Shown in pieces: positions 51,101 to 63,090 of a DNA stretch of 64,000 bases; position 1 is the first letter of the stretch; each line of letters begins with the position of its first letter. Position numbers and translations under genes: made by a program. The notes under the pieces are model-generated. The model did not search any database and was not told the origin of the DNA. It was given only the letters and a program-made list of their open reading frames with translations. Source of the DNA: Albugo candida (taxonomy: Eukaryota); the NCBI GenBank assembly GCA_040437565.1, contig JBDOQK010000054.1, positions 1-64,000 on the forward strand, in the 5' to 3' direction.

Positions 51101-52807
51101 ATGGCATTTACTTACGACGCAAACGTATTCGAATCGACTTTCCACATGAACACACTTCCCGACGACGAACTGAATCTCTCCGAGTCGGACGAGGCTTTAT
51201 TTCTGAGTATTTGTGCTTCCGATACAGTCTCGCCAGCCAATTCTCCGACATCTTCGATTCTACGGCCCCAAGGAGACATCGGGTGTCCTACAGATACTTC
51301 TCGCGCATCTGCAGTCGAACCCTCACAGCGATTCTCACTCGGTACCGATACGACTTTGCTACCTGTCGTTCCCTCGACGCCATTTGCGGTGAACCCAATT
51401 TCCTTCTACGAGAATTGTTCGTATGAGTTTCCAGTGTACTCGGACACTGTATCGATATCGAGGAACGGATCGACTCGCGTTGGAAAGTTTCACAACGCGG
51501 CACTGACAACGATACAGCCGCAAAGTAATCCCACCAAAGGACATTGTGGTATCCGCATTCCAATTCCTTCTACTCGACGTTTATCGCGTCCTCGTCAAAA
51601 GCCCAAAACGCTCGTGTCAGAGCTCAAAAATGTCGATATGTTCCTTAAAGTTCCTATCAAACAATTGACAGAGGAAGAGAAGAAAGCGCGAAGAAGAGCA
51701 CAAGTCGCGAAATCCGCTCGGAAACATCGCAATCGACAGAAAGAAGAGCTTATTCGTCTTCGCAAACAAGTACAATTACTGCAGGATCGGATGCTGACAA
51801 TGCGACTCGGAGCGTGTGAGAATTATAACACAGAAATCGCTGCAGGAAGTCTCAATGACACAGGCCCATGCAAACGGAAGAAACTCCGATATCGCGAACA
51901 AGCATCCGACAATGAATGCAGCGATACATCGAGTGTCGGTGTCGCCACTTGCATTCCCATTGAGCACTGGTACCATCGACTTCCAGTGGCTCGTGAGCAT
52001 CGACACCAAGTGATTCGCGAGTTTATACGGCGACGTACAGAGCTTGTGGTGCTTTACCAACAGAACGAATTCAAAGGGAACGTGTTACCGTACCCACACA
52101 CGAATTTCTTTCTATATAGCACGATGCCACATTTAGAGATCAAAGTGATACGAACCAAACGATTTGAAAACGTGAGTCCCAAAGTCGTAGCGGAAGCGTA
52201 CTGGCAATCGGTCGCTCGATTTGATATCTGTCTGCCGCAATGGCTAAATGGTCACGTTTTGGTCGAGGTACGAGTCAAAAAAGTCTCTTTACAAGTGACG
52301 GATATAAGACATTTCTGTAGCGTTTGGATGAGATCGATGAAAACACTTGTTACGGCCGAACGATTTCTCCACTGCTGTATCAACACGAGAATCGAAATTC
52401 CATCAATTTGCATTCGTATGTGGTACACCATCGCTTCCGTCGCGAGAATGCTCTTTACATCATGTGGGAAACAATTCAAATGGATGATCTTTATTCCTTT
52501 GAGCGAAAACCGTGTCGAATTTACAACAATGAGGTTGGGAGGTACAGTGGACGCATGCTATCTCTCTGTACGATCGACACTCATATTGTCTTTGAGCAGC
52601 GCTTGTTTCAAGACGGTCAGCAACGGAACGAAAGGGAACGATACTGTGATGCATGTTGTGCTGCATAGTGTCCCGCCTTCGGATCTTCGCGGAGAATCTT
52701 CCAGTCGATACACTCAGGCGTTTGTGACGCTGTATTGTCGACGTACGGATGTCTTTGAGAGCAATACCGTTTTCAAATTAGAGGAATTATTGAGACGAAA
52801 TGTGTGA
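51101..52807 (+). CDS. bZIP transcription factor (Val replacing the invariant Asn) with a C-terminal START-like region; probably two introns near 52268 and 52534
   Basis: EEKKARRRAQVAKSARKHRNRQKEELIRLRKQVQLLQDRML basic region and zipper. The 5' 200 bp is duplicated across the gap (artefact). The START-like call is tentative. Confidence 0.85.
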   Translation: MAFTYDANVFESTFHMNTLPDDELNLSESDEALFLSICASDTVSPANSPTSSILRPQGDIGCPTDTSRASAVEPSQRFSLGTDTTLLPVVPSTPFAVNPISFYENCSYEFPVYSDTVSISRNGSTRVGKFHNAALTTIQPQSNPTKGHCGIRIPIPSTRRLSRPRQKPKTLVSELKNVDMFLKVPIKQLTEEEKKARRRAQVAKSARKHRNRQKEELIRLRKQVQLLQDRMLTMRLGACENYNTEIAAGSLNDTGPCKRKKLRYREQASDNECSDTSSVGVATCIPIEHWYHRLPVAREHRHQVIREFIRRRTELVVLYQQNEFKGNVLPYPHTNFFLYSTMPHLEIKVIRTKRFENVSPKVVAEAYWQSVARFDICLPQWLNGHVLVEVRVKKVSLQVTDIRHFCSVWMRSMKTLVTAERFLHCCINTRIEIPSICIRMWYTIASVARMLFTSCGKQFKWMIFIPLSENRVEFTTMRLGGTVDACYLSVRSTLILSLSSACFKTVSNGTKGNDTVMHVVLHSVPPSDLRGESSSRYTQAFVTLYCRRTDVFESNTVFKLEELLRRNV

Positions 52808-52919
52808 ATTTGGTCGCAGGGAATAAGAGTGAAAATGTGTACTTTTTTCAAACTGAAAGGCTCTTTGTCGTCTCGTTTCGATTGCAGATCCCAACGGCTA
52901 TGGAGTCACGAGCACTATT

Positions 52920-55900
52920 CTATCGAGCAAGGTAAGTGAGCATCTTTCGTACGTCGTGATGATGTCGAGATTGCCATGTAAGGATTTGCTTTCGCCATTG
53001 AATCAAGTCGAATGATTCGAGTGAGAGCTTTGAAAGCTCAAGATACCCGAAAGGACTCGATCGTTGAGGAGCATGTATCGGTTGCTGGGCGGCTATCTCA
53101 GCCATCGATGCTTGTAAATGCAAGATGAATGCGACGTAGATGTACACCTTCACAACAACAAGTCGAGAATGAGACTGAATGGAGACGCAGTACACCGACC
53201 TGAAACTCTGGGCCGTAGACCGCGAGAAGCAATGTCATCATGGCCACATTCGACCATGGAACACACCTCCAAAACATTTGATTTCGCCAGCGCACAATCA
53301 AACTCAAAACAGAGCCATTGCACGCCGCAATCAATTGTAAAACCTGCAAAATGGTTTCTCAGATGACATTCGAAATATTGGCAAAGAAATGACCTGAGGC
53401 GCCTCTACTGCAATGATCCATTCCACCGCTTTGGATAGTGTCCTATTCGCCTCAAACGATCCATTGCGTGCGGTAGCGGATGAGCTTTCCAACCGAACGC
53501 ATTCCGAAAGCCGTAAAATGTCACATGTGAGGTCTATGGAAGTGGTCATTATCACGATCGCTACTGTGAAGCAATCCGGTGCTGATCGCTGACACATGAA
53601 GGTCCATCGTTCCATAGTCGATGCCAAATCAATTGGGCTACAGAACGTCTCCAAGATGCGTTTGCCCCATTGATACTTGGACGCTACATGTACATCCGTA
53701 TCGCAATTTTCGATTATGTTGTGCGTTTTCGGAGGCTTTACACACTTTACGATCGCAATCATTACATTCGATACGATACGATTGAGATCGATTGTATCCA
53801 ACGCTGAGGCTCCTACTTCCATCACAAGTGCCCATACGTACTCGCAAACAGATTCCATCGACACGGAGCCTTCCGNNNNNNNNNNNNNNNNNNNNNNNNN
53901 NNNNNNNNNNNNNNNNNNNNNNNNNNNNNNNNNNNNNNNNNNNNNNNNNNNNNNNNNNNNNNNNNNNNNNNNNNNTTATGTTGTGCGTTTTCGGAGGCTT
54001 TACACACTTTACGATCGCAATCATTACATTCGATACGATACGATTGAGATCGATTGTATCCAACGCTGAGGCTCCTACTTCCATCACAAGTGCCCATACG
54101 TACTCGCAAACAGATTCCATCGACACGGAGCCTTCCGCTTGAGCGGAATTGAGGTACGTCATCAACGTCTGATACAGCATTTGATCGAAAACCTTTGGTT
54201 CCTGAGCTTTGGCTTGATTCGATCCCTTCCCTTGCCATTGTCGTTTTGAAGTAGCAACCAGTAGACGATCTGCAAGTCTGTGGCAGCCAGTAAGACCTTC
54301 GTCGTCCTGGAGAAGCGTGATCGGATCGAGTGTGTTGAGAAGACTTGCGATTCGATGACATCCAAAAACACAATTCGTTACGGCCAAAAGCAGTCGTAAT
54401 CGAAGGACGCAGACGTCCTGTCCGACGGTATGGAATGACGCACAGGAACGCTCCACAAAATGAAATGTGATGGAGTCGCGTACGAATTGTTCAAAGAAAG
54501 ACGGAGATCGATCCTCCCAAAGCGATAGTAATGGACTCGAAAGCACACACAAAAGAGCAGTGAATGCATTCCTTCTCTCACAGAGAAACGCCGGACATTC
54601 TTCCCATCCAAATTGCACCATGACACTCGTTTCAAGATGCTGTAAAAGACTCGAAAGTATCGCATTTACTTCAGTGAAGCACTCTGAGAAAGTTCCCATC
54701 GACCACAACGCATTGAAAAGCGGCTGAAATGAGAGCAACGGCAAGCATCCGTCGATCTGTAGCCAATTAGCCAGTGAGTCAGAGTGTGCACGCATCGATA
54801 GAAACTCTCTCACAAACGCATCGTCTGATGCTTCCAACATGAAAAAGTCTGACAAAGCGGTGGACGAGCGACACATATGAATCAAACTTTTGCTCAATTC
54901 GGCTTTCAGTTTCAAAGAATCGATCGATTCGGTGTCGCACCATTCCAATGCGTCTTTGAAGCAGTCGCAAAATTCGCTTTCGATGAGAATTGACGCATTT
55001 CTGACCAAAAAAGCAGAGTCCCATTTGTGCACTGGCGGAAGCTCCGCGACGCAAATTGCCGATTTTATAGTTCGTTTCCACGCTTTTGCAAAAAAAGACA
55101 GCACATCCGAATCGGTCAACGGCGAGGTTTGATGTTCTACTGCGATGAGATACCAAGCAGCCACAAGATGTTGATGGATGAAAAGGTCGCTTTCGGACGT
55201 GTGCTTTTGGATGTACTTTACGATCGAAAGCGTGGACGATTGTGCTTCTTCTGGACTGAAAGGAAGCCACTGAATGTCTTCGACAGGGAGCAAGTCGGAC
55301 GATTCGCAGACGCAACGATCAAACCACTGAACAGCGAATGAGTCTTTTTCCAACTTTTATGCGTCACTTACAGTTGAAGCAAAGGCCCAAGCACTTTGCG
55401 GCTCCTTACAGCCAAAAGAATAACAAGAGATGCAACGCTGAAGCCTCTGTCTCCAAGGAGCTCCTTCAACGACTGCGAGCTATCGACACGGAACCTCAGG
55501 CTACCACTTGGAATTTGATCGATTTCGTACCACAAACAGAGTTTTCATAAGTCCATGGAGAACGTCATTCGTTTCGTTTGTCTACAGCAAAGCACATTTC
55601 GCACGCAAAGAGCTCACAAAACGTCGACTTACAACAGAAATCGATACGCCGGAAAGATGAAATATCGTATCATTCTCACTGTCAAAAGTCTGAAATTCGA
55701 GCGATTGGGAGTCCTTCGAATCGATCGATACGCTCTCTGACGACCCAATTCTCAAAATCCCACAGCTTTTCTCGTACTCGGCGCAAATCGCAAGCAGATG
55801 GAAAATCTAAAGCAGTTTTCACAATTTGAAAACAGAGCAAAGAGCTTCGTACCTCTCTCATCACATTCCTTCCCACCGTTTCCAATGGACCAACAGAAGG

Positions 55901-56841
55901 CTGTAGCATCTCAAGCGGCTGACACACGTCAATTCGATCCCAAATGGCATTCCAAAATCCTGATTCTCGCACGCTACAGCCAATTTGTTGACGGTATGGT
56001 GATCGACAAAGCCATAATTGGAACCAATGCATCTCGAGGTCCTTTTCCGCATGCAAAGAAGCCATAATTGTGAGTACGGTCGGAGAAGGAGAATGCGTGA
56101 ATGGAAGTAGCAATAGAGAAAATGTGCTTTGATACACACGCGCATGGACTCTGGGACTCGAATGACTCCATTCCTCAGGTAAGCGATGCAGCATGCGTTC
56201 CAAAATGCGAATGGTTGGTATCAAAGTCTGCGCCTTCGGATGCTTCGCCACGAAATCGAAGTATGTCAATTGGTTGGCCTGACGCTCGATAGCGTTTCTC
56301 AGCGAGTCGACCAAAAGGAAGAACACGTCCATGAGAAGAGAGACATTTTCCATCCGTTCGATAATTGCGAGAAATTGCGAACAGCACGTCGTATGAACGA
56401 CCTCGTTATCGCTCCAAAAGCCGTGTTGGATGAGCGCTTTACAGACAGATTCACACATTGGCTCATTGTGAATGATCCGAACGATAGACAGCTACGAGTG
56501 AATTCGAGCGATTGGAACGTATTCAGCGCCTACCTTTGCAATTGAGGCTGCGCCATTTAGTTTTTCTGATACATGAGCGCTTTGTAATGCATTACACGCG
56601 GACATACAGCTTTCAGGAGAGCTGTGTTTCCATTAGTAAGGCTATACATTCGTGTTGGAGAGCGATACGACCTCGTGGAGGACGCAATGTCGTCATGTAG
56701 ACTCGACGTATCGACGCAAAGCGCGTCCAACCCGACAGAAGAGCTCCGACTGTCTCTATCTCCACTCGATTCCGCGCAACTCGTGCGATTCAAAACGGCC
56801 TCTGAGGCGTACCGGCGCTCTTCCTGAAGCTTCTGTGCCAT
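52920..56841 (-). CDS. Large uncharacterised helical protein, multi-exon
   Basis: Long consecutive minus-strand ORFs (56557-56841, 55682-56458, 53976-55353, 53331-53864, 52920-53349), Leu/Cys-rich, tightly packed between real genes. Exon structure not resolved. Confidence 0.65.
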
Positions 56842-56987
56842 CAGATCTATTCAGCGGTTTGTAAACGATTTTCTACGCGATGAGATGTATTTTTTTCCAT
56901 AAAATCGCATCAATGGCTCACATTTGCCGACAGAGCGGAAGAGCGTAAAATCATATTGGAAAAGTGACTGACTGGAAAGTCTCTACG

Positions 56988-58326
56988 ATGAATCGACGAT
57001 TCTCATGGGTTCTGACCGCATCGATGGGTGCAATAATGGCGCAAGTTGTCAGCTTCTATATCGCGTCATTGTACTGCAAATTCATTGCCAAGAATCAAGG
57101 CTCAACATGCGCGTTGGTGCTCAGCGATATTCATTTGCTGGGGCACAGACGACGCAATGTACTCGAGCGCATGTGGTCTGACTGGCAGGTGAGTCGATAC
57201 AAAGGCGTAAGGCACGAGGCATAAGGCTCGGATGTAGATATTCATTTCGGTGACGACAGCGCTTCATGTCCACCGTCCAGCATTACTCGTTGTGTTGGGC
57301 GATCAGTTGGATGAAGGAGGGTTCCCGACACAACAACTTGTGTATGAGGTTGTGAATGCGTTTGATGGAATGAATCGATTTGTGATGTGAGCAGAGTTAT
57401 GTGAGGCGCTTTTCCTGGATTTTCTCGCAAGTTCGAAGGAAGACGCTTTTTGTGGTACGAAATAAAGTGTGAGTGATCGATTGACAGCGCTGATGGATAG
57501 ATGGGAAATCACGACATGCATTTCGGAGCGGAGGAGCTGATGCGGTATGAGAACGCTTTCGGAGCTTGTAACTCGATGTATCTTGCGGGTGGCGCTTCTT
57601 TTGTCGTATTGAATACCATCGCTTTGGATACAAATGTGCACAGTGGAAATAACGCTAAAATACAAACACAACGGTAAGGAAATTGGCACTGTTTCAACGT
57701 ATTGGAAGCTGAAATCAAAATGTAGTTTTCTGAATGATTTGCGTCGCGAATTGGAAAGGAAGAATACGAATCATAAAGTGATTCTCCTCACACACTTTCC
57801 ATTGTATCGTGTAAACGATCTCAACTGCGGGGACCTTCGAAGTAACGAGAGAGGTCACATCACATATCTCGATCCAGCGTCGCGGTATCAAAAGCATCGT
57901 CACGTTCTATCGCCACCGCTCTCCAAGTATCTCCTCGACACAATACGGCCATCGTTGGTTCTTTCAGGCCATACACACGCGTATTGTGCTCAGCATCACC
58001 GAGTAGAGAGCATGAATGGATTTCCGATGAACATCTCCGAGTACACAATTCCATCATTCGCATGGAGTCAGCGTCCCGACCCCAGTTATGCTGTCCTGAA
58101 TCTCGATTTCTCGATTTCTCCAGAGCTCCAACTCTGTCATCTTCCTGATGAGAGGTTCATCGCCACCATCTGCCTTCTCTTCATCTCCGTATGCTTGCTG
58201 AAATACGTCAAAACACTTGGACCTATCTCATCGAACAAAAATCGCATCGCGCAAAGCCATTTCCGAACCACACAATCTGTGCATAAGGTATCAGAATCAG
58301 AATTGCGGACGGAAAATGTTTTGTGA
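56988..58326 (+). CDS. MPPE1: Metallophosphoesterase 1 (PGAP5/Cdc1/Ted1-like, GPI-anchor remodelling), multi-exon
   Basis: N-terminal TM, SDIHLLG..WSDWQ, LGDQLDEG, GNHD, THFPLYR, LSGHTH, IPSFAW, C-terminal TM. Confidence 0.9.
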
Positions 58327-58356
58327 CATATTTGTAAATACATTACAATATTGTAA

Positions 58357-59208
58357 TTATTTGATCTTGGCTGATTTCGATTCTTTATTCGGTTCCAAAA
58401 ACTTCTCCAGCTGCTCCTTGACAACATGAGAATGCTCTTTTACGGTTTCTTTGGCGAATGTGACGAGAATTGAATCTTTCCGTTCCATTTCTTCCTTTTT
58501 TCCAATTCGGTATCCATCGATGAATGCCATTAGCACCGAATGTGCCACCAGTAGCTTATCGGCAATCCAACTTTGTGCAATTTCTTTCAACGATAAAAGA
58601 TCCTTTTTCTCCATTTTCATTGCTTCGGTCTTTCCTTCTTCTGCGGCATGTTTTAGTGTACCAATGTTCTCTTTTAGAGTTGCGATTGGATTCAGTCGAC
58701 TTCGATGATCCTCGATTTGTGTTTGTGCTACTTGAAATAAAGACTTCAGGTTTGAATGTTCCAGTTCTTGTTCGAGAATTTTACGATTTGAGTTTACGGT
58801 TTCCGTGATATAAGTTATATTATTCGAAAGCTTTCCGCTCTTTTGATACTCAGAGTGAAGAAAATCAAGATTTGAGTGTGCTTGTGACTGAACTCCTTTG
58901 ATCGCTGAAACGAATTCTTCTTTAATGTTTTGGATTTCGTAAGAAGGGTTTTTGAGGTGTTCAAAACTCTTTATATACATTTTACAGGCGAAACGGAAGA
59001 TTTTGACATGTTCGAGAAAAGAGTATTGCCAGAGATCGATGTAAATAGGGGCGGTCGCAGCCTTCTTCTGCTCTTTGGTGCCTGGTAGGCCTCCAATGTT
59101 ATCATAAAGCCAAATGTCGAATTGTCGAGCAGACTGCTGCGTAATTCGTAGAAAATAACGCCATAAGCTGGAATGATGTGGCGAACGCGGAGGAAAAGGT
59201 GGAGGCAT
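58357..59208 (-). CDS. Hypothetical protein, 283 aa, coiled-coil-rich
   Basis: Intact intronless ORF converging on MPPE1. C-terminal FIDGYRIGK motif. Confidence 0.75.
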   Translation of the reverse strand: MPPPFPPRSPHHSSLWRYFLRITQQSARQFDIWLYDNIGGLPGTKEQKKAATAPIYIDLWQYSFLEHVKIFRFACKMYIKSFEHLKNPSYEIQNIKEEFVSAIKGVQSQAHSNLDFLHSEYQKSGKLSNNITYITETVNSNRKILEQELEHSNLKSLFQVAQTQIEDHRSRLNPIATLKENIGTLKHAAEEGKTEAMKMEKKDLLSLKEIAQSWIADKLLVAHSVLMAFIDGYRIGKKEEMERKDSILVTFAKETVKEHSHVVKEQLEKFLEPNKESKSAKIK

Positions 59209-60122
59209 CGTGTGCTGACCTAGAAAAATGTGGCATAAGGGGCCACACTATCTAAAATAATAGAAAATTTGCAGTCATCAAAGTCACTGAGTGCATACCT
59301 CGTAATAAATCAAAATTAGAATTTTGGATCAGTAAACTTCAAAAGCTGCAAGTGTTGCACTCACGTAACATTGTAATTGATAAAAATACACTGTATACTG
59401 TATAAATTACACTTTTTCCACCCGAGTTGCTGCGAGTGTTGAAAAAGGCAGTTTGATAATTAAAAGAACATCATTAGATTATCACATAATCTACTTTTAC
59501 GTGAACAAATTACATAACTGGCTCTTCTACATCATCAATAATGTTTGGAAGGAGTACATATGAGACATTCTACAATATATTTTGTACTGACGTGTCTCAT
59601 GCTCGCGTTTTGTGCGCACATTTAGCCGTCAATTTTTTGTGGCAGAAAATTTAGCGTACACTTAGAACATCAAATTTTCTCATCCTTTATTGCAGCTACG
59701 CAAGACTAGAACAGAGGGAATGAATTTTAAAGTCCGAAAAAGAGTTTTTTTCGAAGTGTCTCTCTACCAATTATTGGCTAAATTTCAAACCGTACCTACC
59801 CTACGCTGTGAAGTGCTTGATGAGCTACCCAAACAGTTCAATGCACAAAGTGACGTTGTTTACACTCGTAGTCACTCTTGGTTAAATAAACCGCACGATG
59901 TCGTAAACACAGCCACTTTTTTACAAGCATGCGTGTGTGGTCAATGCGAGCAAGTCAATCGCCCTTTGGCTGAACAAATAATTATCAACTGTCATTTTTA
60001 TTATTCATGGTACGTTGTGGCAACGCTCACTTGCGAATTTTGCGTTGAAAAAATACCAAAACCATTCACACACTTGTTGTATCCAAATTTAGTGCAATTG
60101 AAACATTACAAACAATCTGGAA

Positions 60123-61025
60123 ATGGATCTGGATCGAATACTCAACCATGACGTACAACTAAAGGCCAAACGACCTCATCTTATGTCCAGTTCCACAAAA
60201 TTTGTTGCTTTGCGCGTCGGAAAATGGACGCTCGAGGAAGAAGCGTATGCGTTTGATTTGATCCAAGCTTTTTTGACTGGAATGCTCGATATACCCGAAG
60301 GAACCTCATTGCGTTTGTTCTTGGCAAAGAAACTGTGCTGTTCACCGATGAGAGTGACCACAAAGTTATCAACGAATCAACTCAATGGACAGCGTATTCG
60401 AAAACGTTTGGGGCAATTGCGCTACTTTCCAAGTCCAGTTGGATTCACTAGAGGCAAGTTTGCAAAGATGCAGTCGTTAGAGGAGCTTGGAGCTCGATTT
60501 CGTAGCAGAGAAAACCTTCCGGCAGAATGTGTGAAAGAGGAGAAACACAACACAAATACGAAAATAAGTGATTTATTGAGCAAAACACCTGTTCGAATTG
60601 GGAGTTGGACAAATGAAGAGGAAGCGTATGCGCATGCGTTGATTACTGCCTTCCGATCAGGTATATTGGACATCCATACTGGCACTACTTTGCGGTCATT
60701 TTTGGCGGAGCAATTATGCTGCGACCGAATGCGAATAACGAAGAAACTGTCGTACGGGATAGTGTCGCAATACCAGATTCCAAGCCGACTTGGATGTCTC
60801 CGCTATCGTCGCCTTTCTCAAGTGCATCCAGAGCAAGCGTGTCAGATGCTCGCTGAGCTTGACCGATTGCGTGCTTCCTGTTTTGCAATCAATCAAGTGG
60901 TGATCGCACCTAAAACTAGGCCACATACCACATACAATCAGCCTCTACCGGGACGTTTCTTATCTAGGATATCGTGTCAAGCAAAAAAATCGCTCGAAGA
61001 GTACCGCTACCGACTCCACGTTTGA
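60123..61025 (+). CDS. Putative transcription regulator with two tandem stramenopile-type Myb-like domains
   Basis: Internal repeat: RVGKWTLEEEAYAFDLIQAFLTGMLDIPEGTSLRLFLAKKLCCSPMRVTTKL and RIGSWTNEEEAYAHALITAFRSGILDIHTGTTLRSFLAEQLCCDRMRITKKL. Confidence 0.8.
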   Translation: MDLDRILNHDVQLKAKRPHLMSSSTKFVALRVGKWTLEEEAYAFDLIQAFLTGMLDIPEGTSLRLFLAKKLCCSPMRVTTKLSTNQLNGQRIRKRLGQLRYFPSPVGFTRGKFAKMQSLEELGARFRSRENLPAECVKEEKHNTNTKISDLLSKTPVRIGSWTNEEEAYAHALITAFRSGILDIHTGTTLRSFLAEQLCCDRMRITKKLSYGIVSQYQIPSRLGCLRYRRLSQVHPEQACQMLAELDRLRASCFAINQVVIAPKTRPHTTYNQPLPGRFLSRISCQAKKSLEEYRYRLHV

Positions 61026-61894
61026 ATTTATATATTTTTTGATTTTATCAGCGCACGACTATTTTTGTCACGAATAACGAATAGGTACAAAAAGTAGAAT
61101 TTAATCTTCTGCCTTTATTATTTCTTCTATTGTTTCCAGGTCGTCCTCGGCCCACCTCACGGTGACGCAAGGCAAGATTTTTTTTAAATTTGTTTGATTG
61201 AAAGTTACAGTTTTTAAGTTACAGTTTTTATTCTTCGGCAATTTTTTGGTGGAATGCGCGCATATGTATTTTATAAAAGACTCATCGATGATGCATAAGT
61301 GAGATCTTATACGATAGTATACAACGCAATACAATGATAAGTAATGGTAACGCAAGGTATTGATTGGTATTCTAAATCTACAATTTAATATAAAACGCTT
61401 TGTCATCTATTTATCGCGAGGGCAGTCTATAAAATTATAAACGTATAATCTATAGCCTATGTATACCATACATTGTGACACAACTATTAAAAAAAAAAAA
61501 AAAAGGAAATATGGAATGCACAATGCAATTTATACTATGTATATTTTGTTCCACGCAATTTGAACGATATAAAAGTGGTAGACAATTCATAATATTTGTA
61601 ATGTACGAAGCAACTTATAGCATGTCCATAATAAACAAGAAAAATTGAGCAATATATTTATTTATTCCACTATTTCTATTTTTTTTTTTTTATTTTTTTT
61701 TTTTTTNNNNNNNNNNNNNNNNNNNNNNNNNNNNNNNNNNNNNNNNNNNNNNNNNNNNNNNNNNNNNNNNNNNNNNNNNNNNNNNNNNNNNNNNNNNNNN
61801 NNNNNNGGACGCTTTCTAAAACCTCTTCGATCGCCCGCAACTCTTTACACTCTGATCAACCGTTTGTTTAAATCCAGAGTCGGATAAGACGACA

Positions 61895-63090
61895 TTGAGC
61901 TTAACGTGTCCACGAAACTACATGCTGATAATGTGTACTCATCTCTGTCCCGCTCAAAGCAGTAGCACACCAAGTAGCTCGACATCGGACCCACATGAGA
62001 GCTCTGTAGTACCTCCCACAGACGAGCCACTAGATCAAAATCGAGCGATACCGACCAAGAACGCGCATAACATGCGAAGAGCTCGCAAGACTTGCGCACG
62101 AGTGCAATCCGGTACTCCCGAATTGATGGAAGGACGATTTGTATCATCGTATGCAGCCTCCAGCTCCGATCTAAAAAGCGCATATCTGGATGCAATAGAT
62201 ACTGTCAATACGGAATCCGTGGAAGGTGTGCTGGCGTATGTTCAGGCCACTCATTAGAGAATCGATGCAATCGTAGAAACAGTGCTCAAAACTTGGGTCT
62301 TTTACAAGATTGATGTGATGCAGACAAATGCGTCTATTGCTCCATTTCTAGACAGTCGAGAGACGTAAGAGTATGGTCCGATGATAGCGTTGATAAACGG
62401 CGATGTACGCCTTCGCAAGAGGACAAACTCGTGCCGGAATGCCTTTCAATTTAATGGAGACTGTCAGCAATTAATATAGGGCCCTTTGTGGTTGGCGGAC
62501 ATAAGAGTACCGACGCACATGAATCGTACCAGAATTGTTGCTGGTTTTCCTTTCCGAATTCTTGGCCGACCAAATCGTAGGACGAAAAGACTGCAGCATG
62601 TCGCAAAAGTACGAAGAATGGATTATGTGATATTGGCGTCGAACCCAATGGCCTCGCCTGCACATTTGCATACGATATTTTTGGCTGGTCCCTTTGGACG
62701 ATGTAGTTAGAATTACAGTATCAGAAATCCCAAGACAGGGTGCTCGGATGCAAAATTCTCCGAATGGTGCAAAGCCGCGATTAAAATATCGGATTTGCAG
62801 CTGATATATATACTGGGAGATTTCAAGGAGCTTGTACTTGGGCAGAATTCAGCAGATCTAAAAGGCAATGAGGAGCAGGCAGAAAGAATTATCGAGACGT
62901 ATATGAGTGTTTTAGCCAATAGCAGCTTCCAAAATTAGACCACTTCCGAGTTCAATACAACTCGCTGGGATCAATCCTCCGCGTTACTACAATGTGCCAC
63001 AATTAGTCAAAAGCCAGGATGTAAGCGCATTGGGTATGCTCAAATATATCAGCGTGTGCTCTTGCTAAAAGTTATGATATTGATACCTTT
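61895..63090 (+). pseudogene. Oomycete-specific Cys-rich secreted protein family member, decayed
   Basis: ARVQSGTP, DTVNTESVEGVLAYVQA, CNRRN, VFYKIDVMQTNASI, EYGPMIAL, WFSFPNS, GLCDIGVEPNGLACTFAYDIFG. These motifs match an oomycete multigene family recalled from memory. Many stops and frameshifts. Confidence 0.75.

Noticed and set aside
50767..51270. Apparent second copy of the bZIP N-terminus
   Set aside because: Exact ~200-bp overlap across a gap.
53714..54137. Apparent internal repeat in the large unknown gene
   Set aside because: Exact ~160-bp overlap across a gap.
59690..60151. 153-aa TTG-started ORF upstream of the Myb-like gene
   Set aside because: Overlaps the likely promoter and has no protein-like features.
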